Assembly (NCBI GenBank): GCA_023515725.1
Contig: JALDTO010000013.1
Span: 93,715 to 157,714 of the forward strand
DNA from: Amoeboaphelidium protococcarum X5
Lineage: Eukaryota; Fungi; Aphelidiomycota
DNA length: 64,000 bases
Direction: 5' to 3'
A model generated the notes under the pieces. The model was given only the letters and a program-made list of their open reading frames with translations. It was not told the DNA's origin and did no database searches. The first letter of the stretch is position 1. The number at the start of each line of letters is the position of its first letter. This document shows, one piece after another, positions 1 through 14,838 of this stretch. The translations under genes were made by a program, and so were the position numbers.

Positions 1-2523
1 TCCCCAAGTGGTAGGAGATCTGCTAGAATGGTGTTGAAGCAGTTGAAAGAGTGTGATGCTTATGCTGACTATTTGGACGTTATTGAAGAATTTCTCTGCA
101 AAGAAAGTGCACCTGGCATAGCGTAAAGGGACATTGATACAAATGACGGTAGTTAAAGCACTGAATTAAGTGCTTCTGAGTCAAAAATCAATGATGAGCT
201 TTAAAGATCATAAAGCTAGAGAGACTTGGCCAGAGAGAAGTAGAAGGCTATCATGGAGTAATTCAAGAAAGCTCAGAGTTCTTTTGTTGCGTCCGTACAA
301 GAGGAGTATGATGATACCGACGACCATGATGAGGATATGATGGATAGCTAGGAACATTCGAATTATCAAGACGCAGAATAGCAAGAGCCCTGTGATGCTT
401 GTGACAAGTATGCTGAAGAACTTGATTAGAAATGGGAGTCTGATCATGGAAACTGTATGGCGTGTCAAGAATAGTTGGTATTTGGAGAGAAGGAATTTGG
501 TATAGTGGCTTATATGTCAATCTAATCGAACCATAAATAATTCAATGCTGGATAAGTTGATTTTTCGGCTGATGAATTCAACAATTCTCTTAATACCGAG
601 TCTATGGATGCCAAAATGCAAGTTTAGGTCGCTCGTTAGTTCACTCCTCAGCTTTATACTCATTCATGTGGTCATGCGGTGCATTTTGAATGCTTTTAAT
701 AACTTCCTGTTGGTTTGAATTCTATTGTGAGATGCCCTCTATGTAATTCTGTATGTAATGTTGTCATTCCGCAGGAAAAGAATTTATATCTTATTGCTGC
801 ACTGCACAAATTCATTGATTACAATAGCTTCCAATAGATGTTGCATTTATTTGGCCAAGTTATCGATTGCGATGCTTTTCCACGGTCCCAACCTCCGGCG
901 TCTCTCTAAATGCTGTAGTTCAGAAACTAGTTATGTTTAATAAATAGGTTTAAAGATACTTATAACAATGCTCGTGTATAATAGAGAAAATAAGAGTTAC
1001 GCGATACCTTAAGTTAAATGCAGCTGGTGGACGTTTCCGACTTGTTTTAAAGTTAATTATCCACTATTATCCGTGCATAAAGCTGTCAGTATAGTGTATA
1101 TGATGGTGAAGTAATCAAGTCTTTAGTAGAATCCATAGCTGATGCTTAAATACACGCTGGCAATAATCACCTCTCTGAGGTTGAGTTGAGACTATTGAGA
1201 TCATTAGTTGCTCTGGTATCATAGAATAGAATATTAGCAGGTGTTGATTTTCATGGCTAAGTGTATGATGCTTATTTATGTGAAATGATTTGTGGTAAGA
1301 ATTGGATACCATCACAGCGTAATGAAGTTCTTATTCCATTAATTCAAAGCCTACGGAATAGAAGCATTCTGCTGGCTATGCATAGTGAATAGTTTAGAAT
1401 GCATCTATTTAGCTACTTGATTTTGCACAATTCTGCCGCGATGATTATTTCTGCGTTTGGTCCTGGTTCAGCCTTCCTCTGGTAGCTGATTGAACGCGTC
1501 AATGAGTTTGGTAATTAACGTGATTCCATCAACTTCAGGGATTATCAAGACACTCTTGACTCAATGAGTTCAGTTTAGAGGTTCACTATTGATGTCCTGC
1601 ATCTGGTCACTTCATGTAGTACATACTTTTAAGGGCATTTAAAGAACATTGATCACGTTAGGCTGGACAAACTCATGATTAAATTTGTTCTGGATAGAAG
1701 TGAGCAGTAATGGATTGATTTCTATGATGGATGGAACGCGAGAGTGAAATAGTCCTTCAGTGTTATAAGTTGTATTTTTGAATTGGATTCTACTCTTCAT
1801 GATAGTCAGTTCTAAAAAGTGCACAATCTATCGATATCCTCTCTGGTAACTCTTTAAGAATACAAGAGTGTTTATATGCTTATAATGAGCTAATTGTCCG
1901 AGTATGATGACAGTCTTGCCTAGAGATCACGCTTTCTGCCTAGAAATCATCAATAGCAGTCCGAATTTTAGTATACGAGCAGTAGCATTGACATGGATGC
2001 TGCACTGGATGATTTGAAGTAGGTTGCCAATCGGATACCTCTTTTAGATAACACTGTGCCTTATTTCAAAGTATTTACGCCAATTGAACTGCCTCATACA
2101 TACAACGACGTTCTTGTGCATTATGCCTCACAACAGTGCAAAGAGTGTAATACTGTTCCTAATGAGATTGGGGTTTGCCTTTTGTGTGGTAAAGTGGTCT
2201 GTGTCATGGGCTATTGCTGTTTGGACCGAGATCAAAGTAGAGGTGAATGTAATGCTCATATGAGCAATTGCTGTATCGATGCGGGAATGTTCTTGGTGGT
2301 GAAGAAGTGTAAAATTCTATTACTTGCGCGTAACATTGGTGCATGTTATGTGCCTGCTCCGTATCTAGACGTTAATGGAACGACTCAAATTGGAAATGTA
2401 ATGACTTTGAACAAAAGGCGATACCAGCAGTTGGTGTAGATGTATCTGAAGAATGACATTCCTCAATACATTGCGTCAAAAGTGGAAAGATTGGCATTGT
2501 CTAACAATTGGTAATAAATGTGA
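1..2523 (+). CDS. UBR1: UBR1/UBR2-type N-end rule E3 ubiquitin ligase, 3' part (5' end outside window)
   Basis: Frame +1 is open with TAR=Gln. AREKQKAIMEQFKKAQSSF helix, RING-H2 HSCGHAVHFECF...CPLCNSVCNVVIP (661-771), C-terminal CLLCG...CC...ECNAH...PAPYLDVNG; ends NNWQQM-TGA. Confidence 0.92.
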
Positions 2524-2664
2524 ACTTCAATTTCTATATAATGCATCTATGATATATATATTGTTGTATGATTTCACAAGGTGAATCATTGAATTGAGTT
2601 TTGCTTTCATAGGCTCAAGATTGATATAACAGTATTATCATCATCAATTTGGTACCCGGCTGTC

Positions 2665-3696
2665 TCATTTCATGTCCAGATATCTTTTGAGATAATCATA
2701 AATGACAAAAGCGAAAGCATTGGCAGGTATAGTCTTATACCAATTGATGCTGAGACCAATAAAGAAAGTCCGCCAACCTTCGGTAGAAACAATAATCTTG
2801 AGAGCATCCAAAGTGTGTCGATAGAACGGGTAAGGTGCCTGACTATTCATGGCCATACGAGCAGCGACACCGTGCAATTGCATCCTATGTCGTATAGTGT
2901 CAAAAGGATACGCGAATGATTGGCCAAGTATACCAGACAGGCCACCAACGAGTAAATGTGCCGGAATTATAAGTCTCTACTCACCTTTACCATCCGTAAA
3001 TGTGAGCCAATGCAAGTACGGATTCGAAAGCGATTACTCGATGCACTACTTCTTCATGTAGTGATAACTGGAAAACGAAGTACCCGCATATATAACAACA
3101 CCACACATCGTGGCTCCGAATCCTTTATAGAAGCCATTCAATCCACCCTCTTTATAAATCTCAGCGATTGTCGGCGAGATACCATACGAGGAATTGTACA
3201 ATCTGATCTGATAAGCCATCCGCGATCTAATCACTTCAAGCGGGTAAGTCAGTAGAACTGCAGCATTACCCGCAAGACTTCCTGCCAGAAAATGTCTCCA
3301 TGGACTATCATACTCAGCGCTGGGTATCAGATACATGCGAATCTACTCGTAAGTCATAAATCGAACGGCAGCAGAAGGTATAATCCGGAGGAGCATCACA
3401 CCGTGTCCTTGGTACATACCATAAACTCCCTCGCGCTAATAAATCGTATAAACAGCCTTAAATGGACCGAATCTCTGCTGCGAATACTTGTAATAATGCG
3501 GATTATGAGCTTGGAATAAGATCTTCACACGATCGAGCGGTGCCGTTAAAGTTTTCGCCAATCCACCACTGATACTGCCCGCAATCAGCGACTTTATGAA
3601 ATAGTTCCATTTACCTGAAGTAGGTTGTTCATCAATAGTAGGTTCTTTTCCCTTTAACTTACTATTTAGTTTCTCTTGATGTTAATTTCGAGTCAT
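2665..3696 (-). CDS. LEU5: Mitochondrial CoA carrier (Leu5/SLC25A16 type), 343 aa
   Basis: KSLIAGSISGGLAKTLTAPLDRVKILFQ, plus further Px[DE]xx[KR] carrier motifs (YPLEVIRSRMA, YPFDTIRHRMQ) and GLSINWYK; TGA stop. Confidence 0.9.
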
Positions 3697-3875
3697 AGTA
3701 AGAGTAGCGATTATATCCGCCCAAAGTAAATCTTGATCATCAAAATGAGAGAAAATTAAGATCATTTGATCAGACAAGACACTCGTTAGTGATTAGAAAA
3801 TCTATTTTAAAACCTGGAATTTTTTTTAAAGCATAAACTATTTGAAGAGTAAGAGTTGGAATATATTAGATAAGG

Positions 3876-5366
3876 TCACCATTCAAGATTAGTCTTAGTA
3901 GCACCGGTGTTCTTAATGGGATGATATTCAGTCAAAAGATCGTGAGAACTAAGCAGAGAGTGATAGACAGATTGATCAACAGCGCTCGTCGGATCTACCA
4001 CCGGGATGGAACGATATACATCTTCCAACTGCTTGAGTTTCTATCTATGTTCTTCCAAAGTTTTAAAATCTAATTTTATCTATCCACCACCATTAATACA
4101 GCCACTCGGACACGCCATGATTTCAATGTAATTATAAGGTATCTGATCAGCTTTGAGTCGCAATTACCTTACACTTTCATCTTCCACATAATCTGATTAT
4201 TGATGACGAGATTTTCTCAAACCTTTTAATTAAAGTGTCCTCTTTGACTAAAGTGCATTAGATTACTTGCCTTATGTTAAAGATCTGACTATATTCTGAA
4301 TATTCTTCAATCCATAACAATAAGCACCACGGAACAATATTTCATCATTGCCGCGCACTATGATCACATCTTGAATATCTGCATTCTTACCAGGCAATGT
4401 GGCAACTTGTATATTACTAACATCTTATAAATCAAGCATGACTCTATCAATAATATACTGTAAATAACCACCAGATGAAGAGCCTGAGGAGCGATAAAAT
4501 TCTGGACAGTCTGTATTCATCGAGAATTACAGTGGCGTATATGGCTATTCCGTCATCATCTACAAATCTAAACCTTCCTCTTATATAAACGCGTCCAACT
4601 CCATGGTGGTAAGTACTAAATCAACATCATGACTTTCAGTATCAGAATCTGCAAAATCTGGCCTAGTTGCTTCAAGCTTTTTATCCGCACACGGCATAAC
4701 AGACACAGTGTACTACACGTCTTGATCGAGGTGTTTCTTGCACAATAACCCAAAAATCTACTATGGAGATCTGACTTTGGATATATATGGAATACAATCA
4801 GGTAGAGTCTTTTCAGCAAGGCATATAAACCCAGGACATGATGAAGTGATAACAGGAGATGCCAGCGATGTTTACACGTAATTCGACACGCGACGACTTT
4901 TGTACTCATTGTAAGCCTCAATCAGTGCTAAATTCCTCATGATCGATGTATCAGTCAATGTGATATTACATTATGCATTGTACTTTTATGGTAGATGATG
5001 GGAAAAGAACCACTACAATCGACGCATAATTTAAACGTGCGTGAGGCCGAACTTGAATGCCAGTGATGATCTTGATTGAGGGCTGATTGCGACGACAATA
5101 TTGTTATGGATGCTGAGATTCCGTATCAGCTCAGAATACTAATGCTACTAAATAAGAACAGTCTCTGCAGATGTAATACATCCAGAGCACGCGAGACAAT
5201 CCTGCAATTGAATCTAGCCAAATACTTTTGCATCTCCAGATCCCGATTGTTGCTATTACTACTACATATTCCTAGGCTCCAATCCAGTCTTCTCCTCTTC
5301 ACCCTTCACGCACAAATTAGCTGGTGCAATATAATCATTCAACTCTGTCAACACTACTCCAGTCAT
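3876..5366 (-). CDS. NAR1: Cytosolic Fe-S assembly factor Nar1/IOP1 (hydrogenase-like), 496 aa
   Basis: [20 protein letters not shown]-terminus, [19 protein letters not shown] motif, [14 protein letters not shown]; ends in the typical C-terminal W then TGA. Confidence 0.92.
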
Positions 5367-5739
5367 GATAGTAGATAAATAACAACACGCTATTCAGTTA
5401 ATAGTTTTTTAGAGTCAGTAAGGCTCTGTGACACAGGAAAAGAAAAGGAGAAAAAGAGACGAAGATCATTTGAGAGATGAATTCACTTGAGGAGCTTAAC
5501 CTCAATCAGTTTAAATTCCCGATCTTCGTTTCAGATTACCTTACATTGTGCTTTGTAACGTTTATTGATTGTTAAGCGGGAATTCCATCCTTAAATGTTG
5601 TATGCTTTTAATTACGTACGTTTTTTAGGCAATTGTTCTCGTTCGTTTCATTAGAAATTTCCATTGTTTCTTCTTCTTTGTTGTGTAAAAGCGCATAATA
5701 ATCTATTCATTCATACTTACCTAACTTTTATTATTGAAT

Positions 5740-7242
5740 ATGTCGGGCTAAATTATGAAGTTTATCAATAAGGATTTAGAGCATGATGAGATATATCACA
5801 GTTTGTTACGTTAGCAAAATAGTAATAGTCACCATGATGATGGCACAGCTCAAGCTCGGTCTCCAGAGTTTGATGTGGCTGCACCTCCTACTGTGAGTCA
5901 GGCTGGTGTTTCCAGTGCAGCTAATTCGTCTGCTTAGTAAAGCACTTAATCTACTATTTAGTTATCTGATAATGCTCTTGGAACTAATTAAAGTAACAAT
6001 CTGATTGATATTGACTTATTCTCTGAGGATATTCGTCAATTCATAGTGGAGTACGTGAAAGTTTATAGTTAAATAGCTGATGTTAACAGTAAGAGTTTGT
6101 GGTTTGCAGTCCATGGACTTTTTTAAGGCTATAGGTAGTAAGACTTGGTCGGTATACGTGATGACATTGACGTAAGTCCTCAATTGCTTAAAGATTATTA
6201 TCAATAACATCTGGCTCAATTGGACGTTACTGATTAAAGTAACTTGGGAACTAATTACAGTGAAGATAATGGATAAGATTAATTCAGAGATGGGGAGTTA
6301 TTTTTTAAAGTCAAGTAGAAATAGTCTCCTAGAGCAAAAAGAACTATGCCTTATGCGTCTACTTCTCCCATTAGGCCATAGTTTAAACGCGCTAAACCTC
6401 TGGCTAGTGATTCTTTTGTATCATCCACTCCTCGAGGCATGCCTGTTTAAGTTGAGGATAACTAGACTACTGTTGTATTTAAAAACAACATATTGACATC
6501 GTAGTCTGGTGAATAATCTCGATAGAGTTCACAGAAATCTAGCTAGTAAAAAGATCATAGTGTCGTGGTCATTGATGATACTGTGGACTCTAGCTTCAAG
6601 ATTGGAAATGATATATCTGAAGAGTTCAATGTTCATCCGTAGAAGTTGCCCACTAATGTTTCTCGTGTGCATGTTGATTTTAGTCAAGAGTCTACTCATA
6701 ATATTCCTAATGCTTAATCTCAATCATAGCCAACTTAAACTACTGATTCATCTTAACGAAAGAGAACATTGCTCACTAAGAAGGAGAAGTTGAAGCGATA
6801 GATAAGAAATATATGCGAAGCGTTCAATACAACGGAGTTGGCTGTATTGAATGCTCTGTTTTCTTGCAATGGAGATATAATAACGACCAGGAGGTATTTT
6901 GCTTTGCAGGAATCCAGAAAGTCTGTGATTAGAGACATGTATTTTACCAGGCGAGATGACGCGATCATTGGACGATATCTGGACCAGGAGAATAGCAGTT
7001 TGTACAAGCGTGATATGTATTCAACTCAGGAAATTAAGGATTTCATCATACATGCCAAGACGCCGTAGCAACGTCTGCGAAAACTGGGTTTGCTCAACTT
7101 TGTGCCAAAATCTTAGTATGATAGTCAATACTGGACAGTGGAGTAAATGGCTCGTCTCCGCGGTGATCATATTGTTGAGAAGCGTGTCAATTTTCTCAAA
7201 CAGTTTGAGGATGTAGCCATTCAAAAACTTCTCAGCAGTTGA
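5740..7242 (+). CDS. Rap1/TERF2IP-like telomere protein (Myb-like region plus Rap1 C-terminal domain), 500 aa
   Basis: Open frame with TAR=Gln. Myb-like FSEDIRQFIVEYVK...SLW...LKDYY; Rap1_C-like AVLNALFSCNGD...FTRRDD...GDHIVEKRVNFL. Confidence 0.6.
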
Positions 7243-7492
7243 TATTATCGCACAACGTTGTTGTTGATTAAATGGTTGGTGATTTAATGTAATTTGTTTT
7301 GACACTGATAAAGATGACTCTTATTGATGTTCAGTGTGCGTATCATATTTCTATTTTGTTTCAAAACTTTTGTTGTTGAAAACAATTGAACCGTTTCAGA
7401 TTCAAAGCGATTTTGTCGTTTCACCATTCTCTCAATCTCTCTCTCTTCAGTCATTGTTATAGAACGCATATTTGGAATATAAATTGATACTA

Positions 7493-10400
7493 ATGTTGGT
7501 GCAGACAGCTGTGGGGATATTCATATCTATTGTGGCTCTAGTTGCTACTTATCTCTATTTTCAGTATCGAAGATTGCTCAAAAGATTCGAGTTGAGTATT
7601 GGCTGGTTTGGATGGCTGTCATTGTTCTACGTTGAGCACCGATTGTTCTCGATTTAAACTTTGCAAGTATCTTTTTTGGAGAATTCAATATCAAGGAAAG
7701 GTCCTATAAAGATTATCAAGCTGGTGATATATGATTTGACTGTTAATATCGGAGAGTTTCAATCAGTGTCATAATAGAGGCGTCGTAATAATGAAAATGT
7801 CCCTTTGTCTCCTACATCGACTCGTTCCGCGGAAAGTTCATTGCAATTACTTACTCTGGCACTAAATACTGTTAAGAAGTATGTCTGGCACTTGATCAAG
7901 ATTGAAATTGTGAATCTGATACTGGTGGATGGTGATTTGGAGTGTCAGGTATCTCAATTAATGGTGGACCTCACTGAACCGTCCTCTGTAATTCTTCAAT
8001 CTACCATTTCTGTCTAAGAAGTTGTTGCCAATCTGAATAACTCTGAGTTGTTTGGGTGCAATTCTGTTAATTTGTAGTTTTCATTAAAGAATTACAATGA
8101 TTATGAGCTAGATATTTAGATTGAATAGCCCACAATTTAGTTACCTCTGCTCATTAGTTACAGTAAAAATGTCAAAACACGGAGTGACTAAGATACCAAG
8201 TAGTAGTTGAATATTCCGCAATGGATCAAGAAATTGTATTTTGCTGTTTCAATGAAGGCCAGTAATGTGAAATTAGTTTTTCAAAATGATGTTGAATTAT
8301 AAATGGAATTATCTACCTCTTTATGCATTGAAAGGAAGTGGGCTAGTTGCAAGTTTATGATTCATGACGTTAGTGCAAAGTAGAGTGGTCTTATATTTGG
8401 TAGTCACACGTCCAGTGAGCTTAAGTTGAATGTTCCTCTTGATGATGCGATTGGAGATGAAAATGCAAAGTTAGATATAAAGGTTGGTGCTTCCCAGTGT
8501 TCTAATTTGGATGCGTTCTTTTTGACTTATGGCGAGACAAAATCCTCATCAATAAATGATAATCAACGTGGAGGCTTTCCTGTGATTCCAGTTTTACAGG
8601 GTATAAAACTGAAGTGTAATGTAAATGTATTGGAGCAATAGTTTGGTTTTTAGACAGAGTTCTGTTAGTATCCTCTAAGATTAAGATTCGGAGGAGTTCG
8701 ATTATCCTCAGAGTTTGTATATGATGGTGGGGATATCTCCGTTGAAGGAATGCTTAATGTTTTACCACTCTCTGTTGGGTTTTAAGATCAGCCTTTGATA
8801 TCTGTTGGGCGCTGTACTTTTGAATCATTTTTGAGTTAAGACGATGATGGTCCAAAGATTAAAGTTGAAGTGGACGTGTAGGATTTTAGAGCAAGTTTGA
8901 TTAGGGATTGTGGTTTTGATGATAAACTGATTGATTCTGTGGCTCTCTATTTAGGCTCCAAGTCAGTAAATGGTATTAATACAAAGAAGCGCTTTCCTAA
9001 TGTTATTTCTAGGAGTTTTAATTTAGAAATAGCATGTTATAACTCGAATGTGTTGATGGAAGGCAAAACTTTTTAGACTGTAGTAGATATTTAAGTGCCA
9101 GTTATGCTTTTTAAATAAATTCACAACTCTCTGGCCGGATCCAGCAATGTTGATGTCCGCGTTGAAGTTATCGAATCTTGTTTGGTTAAAAGTTCCATGA
9201 AGGAACGAATGTTAAGTATTAGGAAATTTAATTTGGTATCGTAAAATGCTGATTCCGATGCTCTTCATAGCTTTAGTGTTCAGAATGTTGCTGGTAATTA
9301 TGGTTTGTTGGAACACATTGTTGTGTATGATATTTATCATTTGCTGGAGCCCTTGTTTTCAGCTTAAAGATCGAACGTCTCATTAGTATCGCCTTCTGAA
9401 GAGGCTACTAAGAATTCACCCAATTTTAAAGTGCTAGTGGATAAACTTGATTTAACTGTGTGGTTGCCTAAAGATGTTAAGCTGTTTTTGGTGATTGATT
9501 CATTCAAGTTTTCATTTGATGGTAAAAAGTTTAGCGGTTAAGGAAATGCCAACTCTGTCAATATACTCACCTCTGATAGGGTGGATCTTTTCAAGTTGCA
9601 GAGTCTCTGCGCTATTACTTCATAGACTGAGGATTTTAGGCATTTAGTGGAACTTTCTTGTGACTCGGCGTTTTGGTTTTTGCCATTCTAATATGACTTT
9701 GCTTCATTCGTTGATGGCTGCGCCAACATGAGTAAAAGTATCAAGTAGTTGCATCAGTACTAATCTATCAGCTGTGATTATGAGCCATTACTTCCGGAGG
9801 CTGCTGAGTTTAGAAAAAGACAATTTTAGTTTATACCGACCGTGGTGTTTTAGTGTAATTTAGTATAGTTGATATTTGAAGATGATTGCTTCGACGCTAA
9901 TCTCCTCAGGATCTTTAAGCTTGGTAGCCACGAGTGTGTTTTGCGACAGTCGCGCGAAAGTGCTTTGGACAGCATTCTGAAGAAGAGTGATTTTCAGAAT
10001 GCTACCGATTTTGATAAGTTGCAAAAGCTTCGTCATGAAATGCGTTCTCTAGATTCTTAACTATGGATAGAAAGAGTGCATCGTGATAAGGCCACCTCAG
10101 ACGTTAAAAGTATCCAAGGCAATTTGAAAAATTCTCCTCTGTTCCATGTTGTGCTTATCAATGCGTCTATTCAGATTGATCCACCTATTTTACTTGCAGA
10201 GACTGTAGAGTAGACATTGCATGAGCTGGATCCAGACACTCCTGCCGACATTGATTACGATCTGGCTCTCGCTGCATAGATTAAATTGCAATTTGATCAT
10301 GCATCTGTGGGGTTACGCGACTTCCCGTGGAAATTGGTTTAGATTGATCGCGTTGCATCAATCTGTGGTCTCGTTGTGATCGCTGAATCTGTTCGTGACG

Positions 10401-13400
10401 CATCCTAGTCCAACCGGAGAATCAATATTCCTGTCCTATTCAGAGATGGCCAACTACTTGGCGATGTGAGTATTATTAGAACAATAGCTCCGACAAAGTT
10501 TTACTTCTCTTTAGAACTTAATCTTCCCGATAATGATTGCAGTGTCACTTATGGTGTTGGATTGGAGCCTCATTTAGCAGATATGAATAAAGTTTTTGCC
10601 GGACTTACTCCTACGAGTGTGGATCCTTCACCTCCTCTCCCCTTCTGGGACAAGGTTTGTTTGCTGTTCCATGGAAATATAAGAATACGTGCTTAACAAT
10701 TGACCAAGTTGGAAGTTAATTTGCTTGGCTAGAGGAACATTCACACTATTGATGAATTTGGTCGAGTTCCGGGATTGAAAATTAGAGCTGAAAATGGTAT
10801 CGATGCCGTCATTGGATATGACAGGTCGGAAAATCAGATTGACCAAGACAATAGGAGACCGCCGATATAGATTCGTCTCGGTCGGGCCAGTGTTGGTATT
10901 TTAAATGCATAAGATTATGTTGAGCACACGTTTGCTGCTTTTGAATCTGGGGTGGAATTAGGATTAGAGATTGTGTTCAACACTGAGTAAGGATCGAATC
11001 ACTCGTAGATCATTATGCGTCCTCCGGAGCGTGTGGCTGATCTTGAGACTTATGATTCCTTTTGGATGATCCGGTCCAAGTATTTGTCTATGAATTACTC
11101 CCTGTAGGCTCCATTGCTCGCCTCTGCCGCAGCTGGTGGATAAAACTCAATTTTTGTCGATTTAAATCAAGATGTTATCAATAGTCTGACCGACTTCTCA
11201 CGCTTGTTCACGTCGATACTTTCTGTTCTGCCGATTAAGAAGGGATCTTTGTTTTAGAGAGATGGTATGGTGGTACCGAAAAGTCAGAAACTCTCCAGAT
11301 ATATTCAAGACATTAACATTGCTAGCAGCTTGAAGAATATTTTAGGTACTTATAAGAACAGAAGTGAGAGTGTATCTGTTGGTGTAAGTGGCAGAATTGG
11401 CGGTATTAATTCAACCTTCTCTTTGTAATAGTAGAACTTTACACCTGGCAACAGAGGTGCTGGTTGGGATTTGATCTCTGCTGATTTTGACTTGAACAGT
11501 TTTACTGCATGTGCTCTGTCGCAAATGTACTTGGATTAATCGATCGCTCCTTAGACTATAGTCTTTGTTGATGAAGTGCTTTAAGATAACAGTGACTGGT
11601 TGAACATTGATGCATCTGATGCTTAACAATCTTCTATTATAAGGCTGTACAGTCTGCTTGAAGCCCCAAGAGTTATATACTTCCGGCAAGGATAAGAGAA
11701 GTAGTACGAGTTTGCGTATGCTCTCGATTTCCAAGCCCCTGATAAGGACGTGCATTAGATATAGGCCAATCTTCTCACCCAGAGAATTGAGTAGTTAAAG
11801 TAAATGATAGAGCAAGATAAGTTGAATCTAAAGCAATGGGAGTAAAGGATGACTCTGTATTTTGATGACAATCTAAAAGCTAGATCTTAGGCCTTGGTGG
11901 ATAAAATTGCGAATTCCTATGAGAAGCTTAAAGTTGTTCAAGATGCTTTAGAGTAGCAGACCAAGAAGATGTTCAGCCTCACTGCTGTTAAAAGCAGTTC
12001 GCAAGTGCGATTACCTTCTTCATAGATGAAAGGTGTGAAAGGACACAGGAAATTACTGCAGTCGTTGTCTATAGCTAGATAAAGACGAAGCTCAGTTAAT
12101 TCAATGAATTCTAATGCCAGTGCTGCAGGTGAAGACAACTTTAAGCATCATTTCATTATTCACAGCCTTAAAGTCAATTGGAATTTAACTTTGCGTGATA
12201 TAATGTTCAAGTTTGGTGATTTAGAGGCTTAATAAACTGCTATGCGATACTACTGCTCGTCATTCGCTCTAGCAGATATCAATGAACGAATTTCTTCCTT
12301 CGCACATGCTATGCTGTTAAGTAGTCAGAATACAAGTCAGAGTTCTCTTGATTATGCGGAATAAGACGATAATTTGCCTTTGGATCATAAAGTTCGTGAT
12401 GATGTTGCTACTAAGCTTCTCTCTCTTCTGGTCCAGGAGTCGAACACGAAGTTGGTAGTGGCTGAGAAGGAGCCATCGCCTGAATCCAAGCAGACTAACG
12501 TAGATCCGAATGATCCTTTGTATATATCGCCCATCTTTAAGAAGAAGTCTGATATGATTATTTAGTGTTTTTATCCATAGTTTAGATTCAAGACTTCTGA
12601 TAGTCATACTGATGATGGATTTGTGATTGTAACGGCTGAATATGCTGATATGAAGGGGTTCTAGATCTTGGATAAAACTGTTGCTCATCAGGATGAATCT
12701 GTCAAACTGGCAAAGTATAGGCGTATTGTCGGTATTGGTAAAGCACAGTTCTTTTCTGCCTTTCACCAGGAGCTGTCTGATTTGATTTTGCGCAGAGGGG
12801 ATCAATTTGATGCTAACAAAGTGTGGCTCCCGATAGAGAGTATGATTGATCTTCAGGTTGAGTCTCAGGGAATCACGCGCTTTGTATCTGGCTCAAGATT
12901 TAGTGTATAGATTGACTCTTGCAATCCCCTCTATATCAGGAAGAATTTTGATCGAGATGTGAGCGCCAACAGATTGGAAAGTTCTGAGAATCCGTTTGAG
13001 CTTGAGCATGCCAATACTGTCTTTGTTAATCTGCCAAAAATTGAGCTATTTGCTTCATCCAAGTAGTACCTCTGCACCTATGACATTGTTACTAACGTTT
13101 TGATATACAATGATCCTGAGAGAAAAGACCGTATCGAGTAGATATATTCCCTTACTCTGGCTTTGACGAAGGAAGATTTATCGGACGCAACTCACATGCT
13201 GGCAGACATTTAGTATTAGTTACAGACGGTATAGGAAGCTCTGAATTGGGAAAACTATAGCTGGGCACCTGATATCTCTGACGAAATGCTAAACTAACTC
13301 TTGACTTAGCGATCGATGCTTCATTAGAAGCTCATGATTTACATGGAAGCCATTCGACGTGTTGCATTCTAACGCAAAGTCAAGACTGGTATTAAGAAGA

Positions 13401-14578
13401 GCTCTAGACTTTTGGTAAAATCTGATGATTTTCAGTGGGTGGCAAAGAGAGATAGTGGGCAGAATTTGTTCAAGATTGCCTTTGAGAACTTTCAGTATAT
13501 GAGCACTGGATATGAGGATCAGTCTCATATCAACACTGGTGAAGTCGATAGACTTTCTGTTGATAATCTTCTGCCGAACCAATTCTACGCTAATACCTTG
13601 TCTTTCTATAATCCTTAAAATAGAAAGCTCGATTTCTCTCGTCATAAAATGCTACGTGTCTATTGGCGAGAATTGCCTGCAGTGGCTGGTATAGCTGTTG
13701 TTGATCATTTTGAAGTTAATATATTCCCACTGTAGTTGAGTATGACTTATGAGATTGGAAGAGCTCTTGTGGAATACTTTTATCCTAAAAAGTAGAAATC
13801 TGTAGACTCGGCCGAGTAGTCGACTATTGGCAATATTCCATAATCCACATCGAGTTCTAATTTGTCCGCCACTTTGGCCACTATACAAGACTAGACTACT
13901 CCTCTTGCTGGTAATGCTAAGCCTGTTCCTGCTTCAATCCTCAAATCTCCTTTTGGTAGTCCGAGAGTTGGTCGTACACCTCAAAGGTCGCGTTCAAACA
14001 CTATGAAGTCTTAACCATCTATATAGTAGTAGCAGTAATAGTAGTAGTCTGGCAGTGGAGTTTTGCTGCAAGTACAAGCTTAATTGAATAATAAGTTTTC
14101 TGATAATGCTTTGATGGAGCTTGAATCGGTCTTGTCGGACCAGATTGAAGAGGAAACACCTGATAAAAAGTCAACGGAGAAGTTTCGCAAGAGATTGCTC
14201 AAGAAGTTGATTCCGCTGTCTGTATCAAAGAATGCACATGTACTTACTATTGATAAAGATATCAAGGCTATGAAAGATCGTGCTTCCGTCATCAAGAGTT
14301 TTGTGTACATTAAAGTTCCGTCATCTGTCCACTGCATAAGTTACCACGGAGAAAAGGAGAAGAACATTGAGGATCTGGACAAGTTTGTCTTAAAGTTGCC
14401 CACTTTGGAGTACCACAACAGGACGTGGACTTGGTTAGAGTTTATGATGACCGTGCGGAAAGATGTGATTCTCACTGTAGTCAGTCACACTGGGTCCCTG
14501 GTGCGTGAGAAGTTGACCATAAAGCGCAAGAGTGAGAAGAAGGAAGTCTCTGGTTAGTCTACCTCTCATTAATCATGA
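7493..14578 (+). CDS. FMP27: Fmp27/Hobbit/BLTP2 bridge-like lipid transfer protein, about 2361 aa, apparently intronless
   Basis: N-terminal TM anchor; DPSPPLPFWDK (GFWDK motif); Apt1-like C-terminus ISYHGEKEKNIEDL...LPTLEYHNRTWTW; eight ORF-track fragments all lie in one frame. Confidence 0.92.
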
Positions 14579-14838
14579 TTATCTGTTTGCATATGTATTG
14601 AATTTGTTTCATAAATATTTTATTAGTATTTTTGACTCAGACAACGTTGATTTTAAGCTGGAATCTATCATCCCCCAACTTGATCATTAAACGGCAAGTT
14701 GAAGTTTCTTCACGACTTTTCTGCCGATCTGCCGTTCCTTTCGTTGAAAGAGCGTCTGAGTGCTCTAAAATTCATTTATACTTTCCATCAATTTTGAAGA
14801 CTTGACTGTGGACCAAGACATTACAAATATATATAGAT

